64,000 bases of DNA from Lingula anatina (lineage: Eukaryota; Animalia; Brachiopoda), in the NCBI GenBank assembly GCA_051362555.1, contig CM120645.1:17732001-17796000 (forward strand), given 5' to 3'. This document shows positions 1-10,767 of this stretch, in pieces. The notes under the pieces were generated by a model. It ran no database searches, was not told where the DNA came from, and worked only from the letters and a program-made list of their open reading frames with translations. A program made the translations under genes and the position numbers. Positions within the stretch are counted from its first letter, which is position 1. Every line of letters starts with the position of its first letter.

Positions 1-2506
1 CCTATATGTACTGATCTAGATGTGTAAAATAAATCACTAGATGTGTAAAATAAATGAATGTTGCGAAAATAAAAAATAACACTTTTTGCCACAAATCTGC
101 ATGTATATTTGCAAAGCTTTAATCCCTGTTGGCTGTCACAATATTGATACTTTGTTGACTTGTGTTATAAAAGTTGCTCATAATTATGTAAAAAATTTAT
201 AAATTGAGTCAATTGATAAAAAGTACTCATTTGTTTTTTTATTTGTCTTTTCATAAAAAGAAACTCATCAATCCGCCTCGTGTAATAGATAAATGCTTAT
301 TTACAGAGAAAAAAATGAGATAATTATACTTTCGTTTTTCCCATTCTTCCTGTGCAAGTTTTGTTTCTCAATACATGTGCGAAGAATAATCCAAAACGAA
401 GCTAGATTAGAATGTACTAAGTCAAAACGAGGCACATGGATATTGCAAGCACTTTTTTCTGCATACTCTGCTGTGAATTGATTTGTGCCAATGCTGGATG
501 AAGGTGAAGTTCCTTACTTGTTTACATTGACATGAAGCTGAATAAATTTGCCACAACTTGCTGTAATTTAAAATTCCGACCTGTTCTCTAAGAATGCAAG
601 CACTGGAGATAAAGTTAAATTTCCGTACATAACGAAACTCTTATACATGTACCCTTAATAGCCGAGATAGTCCACCTTTTCTGACATCCTATAAATCAAA
701 AAAAAAAAAAAAATCCCATTTCAAAAATCTATAACTTCCGGGTTTTTTTAAACCACCTAGCGGCAGACCGGTGGGTTCTGGGCTGGTAATGTTTTTTATA
801 TAAATTTTTAATGGCATACTTTTCTTACCTTCAGAACATTTCAAGTATAAATGCTTCTGACACTACAATAGGCCTATTAATTCAATAATACTTATTTTTG
901 AAGTGTATTTTTTCATTGCCAACAAATTACATTAGGCCCTACATGTTTTTAAACAGCTGCACTGGCTTTAAGTTAGAATACGGGTCTTACTTTAAATTTT
1001 AGCTATTGTTTATACAATATTTTACCAGTCACCCAGTCCTTACTGTACTAAGTCCAGAAGTATATTCTAAATGGTAACTTAAGATCATTTAATAAATAAC
1101 TTATTACACCATGTAAATAACCGAATTTGTCTTGAAATAATAGCAAAAAATTCATTTTTTCTGTGAATATTGTTCTAACTACCGGTTTTATTATCAGTTC
1201 ATGGTTTGTCATTCTTAATTTGCAGAGTATAATTTATCTTGATCTCCCAGTGTTAGTGAGTGTGTCGTTCAAATTCACAATATATTTAAAGAATATTAAA
1301 AATAAATATTTCGTTGTAGTTTTCCTTATATCTGATCAACAGTGTATTGTATATAAAATGCAAAAAAGGGTACACAGTAAAAAACGCGTTCTGGGAAGGG
1401 CAGAGAAATATGGGGAAAAGAGGAACTTAATAAAGTTGAAGTATTTTCCGTTTATACAGTCCATAAAAGTGTCTTATTTTTCTTCCAGTAGGCGTTTATA
1501 TGTGTACCACAGACGGTACAAATAACCGCCAATCTGCGCTTAGTTACTGTAGACCTACTCCCGCTCCACCAAGCATTTTCCTCAGCTAGCCTATGGCCCA
1601 GAAGATATAATTATAAAGAGTGCCTTTTTTTATAAAAACCATATCGGTCAAAAAACATTTTATTTGTGATGAGACAAAAAAAAAAAAAAAAAAAAAAAAC
1701 TGAAGCAACTCTGCTTGTACCTATGGAAATTGTATCGAATTCCGGGCTGTTGTGCAAATGGACCAAATTTATCCAGAGTGGACATTTTCACAGCAAACAG
1801 AGTTGTTTCGAACAGTTCGACCCACCCACCCCACCCACCCAACTTGGCTACGAACCCGATTATGGGTACTGATACCTAAAATCGTTGAGATTCGGATTTT
1901 GTCTTCGGAAAGTGGAACATAAGTGACACCGTTTCAAAATAATCGTTATCTTATTCATTTATTTTTTCATCACCACCACTGGAGGATCCAATTAAGGTGC
2001 AAATAACCTGACATGTTAGCCTTTCTTCCTTTCTTTTCCTCTGGATTTCCCTGTAGTCAGTCCACAAGAAGAACACCACAAGCGTCACAAATAACCTGGC
2101 AGCTAGTGTACATGTACATGTAGGCCATGATCAGCCATCGCCCCCGTGGATATCCAAGCGCATTTTGGTTTTTGTCGCGAGTACCAAAGATGAAATAAAC
2201 GGTGTAATAACATAGGGATATTTGTTCTCAACTACAACATTTTCCTATGCGTCAGGAGAGCGCTGGAGAACAAATTGCTGCACATAGCTGCCACAAGGGG
2301 GGACTCTAGTCAAACGTTGCATTTTCTTAAATTAAAAGAAACAAAGAATATTTTAAAGATTTGGCATTATCTGATTGCATTTAGACCCCCTACAAAGAAA
2401 ATTCAGCAGGCAATGCCGAACTTTCTCCATTCTTCGTTCACACAACTGTACTCGCCTAGTGTAGAAATGGCACATTAAAGATGAACAACTATGTAGCCTA
2501 CCTCAC

Positions 2507-2686
2507 GTGGAGAAGGCCGTGGGGAGGGACAGGGACGCGGAGAAGGCTGTGGGGAGGGGCAGGGACGTGGAGATGGCCCGGGGGGGGGGGGGGCAGGGAC
2601 GTGGAGAAGGCTATGGGGAGGGACAGGGACCCGGAGAAGGCCACGGGGAGGGGCAGGGACCTGGAGAAGGCCACGGGGAGGGGCAA
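2507..2686. repeat. G-rich 30-bp minisatellite, ~6 copies
   Basis: Unit GTGGAGAAGGCCGTGGGGAGGGACAGGGAC starts at 2507, 2537, 2567 and continues with small variations; it explains the three overlapping repetitive ORFs here. Confidence 0.9.
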
Positions 2687-4152
2687 CGTGGGGTCAATAC
2701 ACACTCTACACATCAGGACTTGACTATTTAATGATGGCAATGGGTCAGTCTTGGCTGTTTACATGTTTCTCGGACAATCCCTTCAAGACATCCCCCACCC
2801 CGAACAATTCCCCCAAGACACCCCCCACCTTCTCAGAAAAAATACTCTGGTTTTGAATTATCTATATTATACATCTGTTCCATTAAAACATTTCTTGTTT
2901 TCCCACCTCTGCCTGAAGACAGAATTTTATTAAAAGCAGGCATTTATAATGTTTCTCAATATGACATTTTCATTCTCATTGTTATATTCATTACAGGGGG
3001 AATGTCCGGGAAGGGGGAGGGGGTCCTGATTACATGGATAGATCTTTGAGCTCCAAGATTATCTAAAGACGAGGATGAATAAGAACATTTGAAGCTTTTT
3101 TCAAATAATACGTCCATGAAATTTCTTTGGGAAGACAAAGATTAAGAAATTTAAGTTGACTTATCAACTCTATCATTTATGGCAGCTGTTTCAATAAAAA
3201 TTTTTGTGCAGCGTATGTGCAAATGAAGCGTTCCGCGTGTTTCGACAGTGATTTCATTGGTAGATACACAGCGTGGTGAGCTGCCGAGTCCTATTAGTCT
3301 GTGGTTTGGGACAAGTTGAAGGCAGAATCCATGGACATGATCCCAGAGCTGCGATTGTCTGTCGCTGGGATCGAGAACTAAACGTTATCTGAAACAGACA
3401 TGGGAACAAAACTTAAATTTCCGCTGATACACACCATTATTCAATCTTGCGTTTTAATAAAATGTGATCACATCTCTTAATTGATCTAGTCTGTGTAAAC
3501 AACATAAAGAACAGTTCTCTAATATTCAGAGACCAAGTTCGGTGTTTCGAATTTTATATAGTATTGAAAATATGCAGTTTTGGACAAAGTTCACAATTTC
3601 ACACCTTTCTATTTTTCGAGAAAAGAACACCAACCAATTTGTAAGTATACATACTGTATACTTACAATTGAACAATCTGTTTTAATAAGGGTAATGTGCC
3701 ATTAGACTGCGGTGTTTCGCTTCTGATGCTGTCTCAACCATGATTGTGACGGACTCCACAAATATCACCCCATTGTGTTAGTGAAGACTGGACGTAAGAC
3801 GAGAAGTGGGGGGCGGGGGGGTGGGGGGGGGTACCTCCCTCTTGTGATGCACGGCAGATGGCATGTGAGTGCATTTCAATGATTGGAGTGTTTGAAGGGG
3901 AATGTGGTGGAGTGGGGGGGGGGGGGGATAACGGGGATGGATATAGGAGAGAGGAAGGGAGATATACAAAAAGGTCAGTTCGTTACAACAGTCGACCTAC
4001 CTTACAGGGAACAGATATCCTCAAGTTGTCCCCGACAGCACGTTGAGTCTAAGAGATTTCTGAAAACTCACCTCAGCATACCTCTGGAGCGGTGTAAGTT
4101 GTAGAACCAGGACATGTAGTAGTTGTAGTACAGTGTAGTAGGACTATATGGT

Positions 4153-4188
<36 letters not shown>

Positions 4189-4190
4189 AC
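4153..4190. repeat. (GTA)n microsatellite
   Basis: Direct reading of the sequence. Confidence 0.9.
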
Positions 4191-4284
4191 AGTAGTTGTA
4201 GCATAGGCAATAATAATAATAACTGGCTAGGGCTGTATATCAGTAATACTCACAAACACGTGGCTGTGAATACAATACAGTTAA

Positions 4285-4832
4285 TGCCCCTATTTCACAC
4301 AGACCACGAATCGCCAGGAGTTGACAAATTTCAGGATTCGTGGTTGAATCGTAAACAGTAATGAGTTCGTGAAGTTATTAACAGATTCGTATATATTCGT
4401 AATCAGTTCTTGCAATTCTTGACCAACAAGAATTCGTGGCAAAAACTTTGATGCCCCTATTTCACACAGACCACGAATCCCACGAATCGCCAGGAATTGA
4501 CAAATTTCAGGATTCGTGGTTGAATCGTAATCAGTTCGTGAAGTTCTTAACAGATTCGAATATAATCGTAGTCAGTTCTTGCAATTCTTGATCAAACGGG
4601 AATTCGTGGCAAAAATGTTGAGCTGTTCAAAATTTTGGCCACGATTCCAAAAAAATCATAGTGAATTCTTGACAATATTCCAGCCGAATCACACAAATAT
4701 TCGTAACACTATCGCACCTGTATCGTAACTGAATCGTAGAGCGTGTCGAATTAGGCCAGAAAATTTGCAAAATCTCACGAATCCTGAAATTTGTCGATTC
4801 GTGGGATTCGTGGTCTGTGTGAAATAGGGGCA
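4285..4832. mobile_element. PIF/Harbinger-like MITE with duplicated left end
   Basis: TIR TGCCCCTATTTCACACAGACCACGAATC at 4285 (and again at 4452) matches GATTCGTGGTCTGTGTGAAATAGGGGCA ending at 4832. TAA flanks both ends, consistent with a 3-bp TWA TSD. No ORF of note. Confidence 0.8.
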
Positions 4833-5792
4833 TAAATACAGTTAAACAAACCAAGGGATCAATGTGCGGATCTCGTTACAGCACGCTTATTTAATGGTTA
4901 TATCATACAGCAACAAGGAGACAAATTACCTCTAAATCAGAAAGCTCCATGAAACGCGCCGTGCATCATTTTTCAGACTTTGTTGTAGCACGTATTAATA
5001 AACACATTTACCCCTGGAAATTAACTTAAAATGTGTAAAGGACCGATTTCACACACACACATACATAAACATAAAAATAAATAAATAAATAAATCACATA
5101 ATATAACATAAGACCAAAACATTTAGAAATTGCACGCATAATACCCCGACAAATATAGTTAATTTTTTTCAAATATCCAATCTTGGGTTACATTTGTCGT
5201 ACATACGATGTCCGCATGGTGTCCTTGTATTGCCTATTTGCTGCTCGTGGGGCGTCCGCTACTTAACTTCAAGGTCATGTGGGAGAAATGGTACGGCGCC
5301 CGTACCGAACGTAAGCATGCTAGTCCATAGACACTACAAAAATACGGAAAATTAATTTCTATTTCATCGTGCGGCGTCTGTGAAAAATGTAACCTAGGCT
5401 TTAGTATAACGTAAATCTTTACACCTAATGCTTTCGTTTATAGCCGTTTTAATCTTTTTTTATTATGGCAGGTGTGATTTTTTGCATTTTTGCCCAGAAA
5501 TTGACTAGTTTCTGACAATAATGATGATACCCCCCCCCCCCCACACACACACATTAACAATCTCCGACATATGTTCTAAGATATTTGTGTGAAATTTAAT
5601 CATCCGTAAAGATGTTCCTGCTCATAAGTGAATTAATTTGTTTTTCGATTTTATTTATGTCTCGGATAAACCTGTTTTTATCTCCCCCTCCTTCTCTCGC
5701 TCGTTTTCTTAATCTTTGTTGCTAACATAAAATATGTTCTCTGTCACCGTGAAGACATTTCAAATGAGCAATCTCAGTTAATACGGGAAATG

Positions 5793-5950
5793 AGCCATAG
5801 GCTTCCCTCTACCAAGGCTGCAGTTATTGTGCTGTGGACATAAATTTGCTTTTACAGTACAGAGATTAGCCATCTATTTAACCAGAGATGCATCTTTGAA
5901 TATCTAGTGAAAAATCAATCTATGGCCCTGGTAGAGGGTAGCCAGAGGCT
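5793..5950. mobile_element. small MITE-like inverted-repeat element
   Basis: AGCCATAGGCTTCCCTCTACCAAGGC (5793) is an imperfect inverted repeat of GCCCTGGTAGAGGGTAGCCAGAGGCT (ending 5950). Confidence 0.55.
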
Positions 5951-7253
5951 GTGGTGTGTTGATTTTGATGCTGTCTCAACCATGATTGTGACGGACTCCA
6001 CAAATATCACCCGAATGTGTTAGTGAAGACATAACGCGAGACGGGGAGGGGGGTGAAATGTTTATAAAGAAATGACCTAATAAATCAATGGAAATGAAAA
6101 CATGCTATTTTAGTTTTAATTAGATGTCGACGAATCTTTAAGCAGAGAAAGTTGGATTAAAAGGAAATATGTTGAAATAAAACGGCACTAAAATGATGGG
6201 GGGTATGATGATGGTATAAAAGGTTTGGGTGAGTCGGGGAAATTGAATTTTGAGAGCGTTCGGGTGTTTACTGGTGTCTTTTAACTTTAACACACCAGGT
6301 TATATAAACTTTTACAACTTTTGTCTCTAAAAAAAACTGTACAGATTATCTTTTTAATATATATAACCACCGTATGTTTCAGCTATAGTAATTCCTAAAG
6401 ATGAACTTAAAATACATGACGTCTATTGAGAAAGAGCGCCATTTCAAAAATCGCAGCACTGGAAAATTAACTGGCAAAGCGTGAACGATACGAAAGGAAC
6501 TAAAATTAAAATGGGCTAAAAATGGAACATAAAGTGCCGACAGAATTTACTTGGAGTCAAAGTTTGCTAATTTTGAACTACACAAACTGTCAGCGTTTAA
6601 TTTTTACATCAAGTATGTTTGCCGACTTGCACGAATATAGCACATTTTCATTTATGCACTGGGACCTACTTGCGTGACAATTCAGAATATATACATCAGA
6701 AAACATAAAACAGAAGTGCTAATGAATAAGCCGAAATGCCGAACTGTCAACATTGGCAATGGACTAAAATAGTACGGTTTGAAGGACAGAAAGATAATTT
6801 TATCTTATTTTTTAATTAAAAATGAATTTGTTACGAAGTGAGATATTTGGGACTTCACAAAGAAATCTGAACAATATTTCAAAAATGTTTCAGTAACATA
6901 AAAAGTTAGGCTAACCACTGAGTGTCATCTCTACCTGAGGTGTGCAATAAGCCACGCAACGCAGACTGAAATATCGGGGCGCAAAAATTGACTTGTTTTA
7001 ATTATTTATTAAAACAGGCTGTTAGTATGACTAAGTTGTTAAACAGCCGGTATAATTCTTGAAACATTGAAAGACTTGAATTGGAATTTAATAAATTTCT
7101 TAACTGCCGATTTAATTTTTTCTGTATCATTTTGTATAGTCAAAGTATTTTAGCAAACTGCTGACAACACATTTTTCTATATCATTTTGTATAGTCAACG
7201 TATTTTAGCAAACTGCTAACAACACATTTATAACCAAGGCGTTTCTTTCCAGT

Positions 7254-7255
<2 letters not shown>

Positions 7256-7290
<35 letters not shown>

Positions 7291-7302
7291 GGGGGGGGGG
7301 GG
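7256..7302. repeat. (GT)n microsatellite followed by poly-G
   Basis: Direct reading of the sequence. Confidence 0.9.
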
Positions 7303-7729
7303 GCGTAGGGCGTGCGCGGGAATCTCCCTCTCTGGCAATTGTCAATGTTTACAGGTATGTAATGGTCCGGGAGAATAGAGGAAGTTGAGTTACAACAGTG
7401 CAAATGCCAAAGTATTTGACCTCAGAGTCTGTCTCAACATGATTGTGACGGTGTCCATGAATTTCATCATATTGTGCTAGTGAAGACAGCGATAAATGAT
7501 AGAGGGCGCCGATATGATCATTTTTCTTATAATTTCTCCGGAGTATAATAATAATTTTTTTTAAATACTCAAAACTTTTTGTACTGAATAGTTACACTTA
7601 TTTCAAAACTAACCAAATTTCATGAATTTCATTTATATGAAAACGTCGAGACGTCTAGGATCAAGAAGCCGAAACAACTAAAGCTAATTATTTTTAAACT
7701 TTTAACTATTTATAATAACACGCTTTATA

Positions 7730-9050
7730 CAGACTTGACATTTAATATGGAATATTTTTTTCCAAAACATAATTCATCAGTTTTTTCCTATTTTGCTGAC
7801 TGATAAATGAAAATAAGGATTAAAATCGTGTTTTAATAACTTTTGATAATCTCTTCGATGTCATTGTGACATCAGTTCATTAATTGAATTCCTCAGTGAA
7901 GCAAACAAATATACATTGTCTATCTTAAGTCATACGACAACCATTGAAAGCGATATTTTGGATCTCCATATTTTCCAAATTATTGTCTTTAAAAGAGTTA
8001 CACGCCCCACAAAGGCCCCCCATGTCAGTGTCTAGTCACAGCAACAGTCGCTGTTACGCTTGACCTCATCTTGCTGCTACCAGAGCTTTCAAGCCGCAAG
8101 GCATTTCTTATGATAGGCTTTTTAGAGTTGAATTTGGAATAAGATTCCAGAATACGGTTAAAACTTGTCCAATTTGGCTCAGTTTTGATGTAGGACATGC
8201 AGGCCGTTGATTCGACGAGTAATGACCTACCCACATTTTGTCTATGTGGTTCAAATATTGCGATTTTGATGACCAAGGTAGCTACTCATTCCCTTGGTTC
8301 TGTAAGTTATCTGCCATTAAAAGTGCTCTGTGTGAACCGGCAACCTCACCCTGCAACCTGAAATTGTTCCTAAGGTGCCCCCTATCAAATAATAGTCATT
8401 TAGTTCCCAGATTATTCCTTTATTTGATCTGGTTCAGGTTTTCATCGATGACTGCTATTGGTGTTTTGGCACCAATGTGGTATCCACTCCAAATACTGAC
8501 ACTGTCAATGACCCTAGTCACTTAAGAAGTGGCACACGCTTCGTCGTAGGCCTCTTCAGGATGTCTGTAAACTCTGTTTTGACCAGTTTAGCGGTACAGG
8601 TTAAATCTGACCTCAATAAAGAAAGCCACGCGGTTTCAGTGTTTTACCCAGAAACTGTCATGGTCCCCAATTCATTAGAGAAACAGACTAGGCTGCTTTG
8701 CTGTTTACAGTGGCTTCCTCAGAGGTCGCCTGGAATCCTAACCTGCTGAAATCAGTTTGGCGTTCGCTAAGAACCCTGAAAAACAAGTTTTGGTGACAAT
8801 TTGTCCCTCATTCAAAACGGGCTGGGTGGTTTTGGTTTAATTGCAGCAGCATATCCTGAAGGACAGTGAGTCCTATACCCTGGTGGTAAGACGTCGATAT
8901 GCATTGGGCTTGGTCTCTGTGTAGCGCCTCAAACTGCGCATAACTCTATAAAACTGTGTAGACCGTTCCGTTTGACACAATAATCTGTCTGACAATGTCT
9001 GTGTTTTTCGCGCCATTCTGGCACAGCTTAACAGTTTTGTAAAACGCTGC
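7730..9050 (-). mobile_element. Tc1/mariner DNA transposon copy 1 (5' end missing)
   Basis: TA|CAGACTTGACATTTAATATGGAATATTT terminus at 7728-7757 is identical to the opposite terminus of copy 2 at 33781. The body is the reverse complement of 34110-35350; similarity ends at ~9050. Confidence 0.85.
8054..9016 (-). pseudogene. decayed Tc1-like (DDE) transposase
   Basis: Manual minus-strand translation across stops and frameshifts: MARKTQTLS..LRRYTETKPNAYRR..AG*DSRRPLRKPL..NRVAFFIEVRFNLYR*TGQNRVYRHPEEAYDEAC..SVSIWSG..FRLQGEVAGSHRA..LPWSSKSQYLNHIDKMW..FWNLIP..MPCGLKALVAAR*GQ. These segments follow the order of the Tc1 motifs VLFSDESRF, SVMVWG, FQQDNARPH, WPxxSPDLNPIE and MPxRxxAVIxAxGG. Confidence 0.85.
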
Positions 9051-9821
9051 TTAACCCGTTTACGAACTGCCAAAATGGCCGTTTACGCACTGCTGAAATG
9101 CATTCTTCAGGCCGAGAGAAGCAAAATTAGCTTGGTTGCTATTTCCGAGACCTTGAGCATTTTCAATATGGCCGTCAATTTATGAGGAAAAATAGAAAAA
9201 CGACCAGAGGTCACCGGGTAAACTTTATTGACAGCTTTTTTGAACGTGCATCCTATCAGGAGAGCACAACAGTACTAGTGAATACACTTAAGCCCGTTAC
9301 ATATAGCAAAAAAGCCAAAATGGCCGTCAAACATATGGCAGAAAGTAAAAAAAAAAGCTGCAAAATAAGTTCGTTTTTTGCAAATTTAGTCTTATTAAAA
9401 ACATATCCACCATTTCTATTTATGTCCATTATGATTGCTTGTTACTCATGATCCTAAACCATCAGAAACTGCTTATTTGACATTAATCAGATGGTGGCAG
9501 ACGGTGCCATCTCCTGAGAGTCCATTTGCCACTCCAACAAGCCCCATAGTCAAAGCTAGCTATGTTATATCTTGCAAGCTTTTTAAAAAGAAATTATTTC
9601 ATCTGGGTTACAAAACTTAGAAAAGCTTATTGAACTGTTTTACATTGGTCTGTAGGTCTTCCTAAGCTTCCTTCGCTTAATTCCATGTCTTACCTTGAAC
9701 TCCATATTGATATCGCGCTTTATGTAGTTGATGCAAAATAACTTTTTCGTTAAACCCAGCTCCTATGACCTGCACTTCCTGCTGTTTTAATTAGGGTCCA
9801 AGATGTTAGTGTCCCTGTCTT

Positions 9822-10310
9822 AGAGGCGCATTCAGACTAGCGGACTAACAGATCTGCAGATGAAATATGGCAACCGACTTAAAAGCTTGCTGGTTGATTC
9901 CCGAATAGATACTGAATAAATTCCCCTCGGGGATTAAGCAACAAGCTTTCAAGTGAGTCGGCGATATTTTATCCGCGAATCTGTTAGTCCGCTGTTCTGA
10001 ACGCATTCATAACAGATGATCCGAGAACTAACTGATCCGCCGACTGAATATGGCCGACCTAACATACAAAGCGATGCTGCTAATTCTCCAGTGGTCTCCC
10101 TGCCTCCACACGTGCCATAAAACGGATTGAATCTTAGCTCCAAGGTGTAATTGCTATGCCCCTGCAGCTAAGTCGCGTGTAGAGGCGAGGAGATCGTCAG
10201 GGGACTATCAACATCGCTTTTAAGTGGGGTCGGCCATATTTAGTAGGCAGATCTGTTAGTCATCATCTCTTGTGAATGCACTCCTAATCAGCTGTTCTGA
10301 ATGCGCTCTC
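9822..10310. mobile_element. MITE-like element with internal inverted repeats
   Basis: AGAGGCGCATTCAGACTAGC (9822) pairs with GCTGTTCTGAATGCGCTCTC (10291-10310). Internal GACTAACAGAT/ATCTGTTAGTC and ATATGGCCGAC/GTCGGCCATAT pairs are also present. Confidence 0.55.
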
Positions 10311-10767
10311 AGAGGCATAACAGCAATAGGCATATTAAGAGAGTGCATCAGTCTAAACTTTGAACAGATGACTTTCTTCAACCAGATTGCCTTTCATTCA
10401 TTTCACAAGTGATATTGTGGTCTGAGTTGATCCTGCGAGGGCTTCGGGTTTTGATATTTTATCTGGAACGTTTGAACCTAGCTGTTCCAAACTTTTTTGT
10501 CTTTGTTCCCAATAGACTACAATGTGACCGCTGTAGTCGTTGGGGTTGTGTAGTCATCCCTTTGGTCTTTTGATCCTTTCTGCAATGATCTGCATACAAT
10601 GTACTATTAAACAGTATTATCAAGACGTTCCACTTGCTTCTCGTTCTCCTATTACTAATAAGCAACTAATAAGCAACTTTCAGATACACTATTCCCTTAA
10701 ATGGTTGGTACACGTCAAAAATAGCTTCACTTCTTGGGATATTTTACTCTTATTTCTAAAATGCAAC

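Noticed and set aside
1163-1525. 120-aa ORF
   Set aside because: It has a non-ATG start, AT-driven composition and no recognisable motif.
2481-2740. Gly-rich and Pro-rich repetitive ORFs
   Set aside because: A 30-bp minisatellite is open in several frames on both strands; there is no independent coding evidence.
3729-3790. SECIS element or snoRNA reading of the four-copy motif
   Set aside because: ATGA..AAA..TGA is present, but helix II does not pair convincingly and there are no canonical C/D or H/ACA boxes.
8025-8749. Listed ORFs 8025-8276 (-), 8238-8525 (+) and 8477-8749 (+) as genes
   Set aside because: They are off-frame or antisense to the decayed Tc1 transposase.
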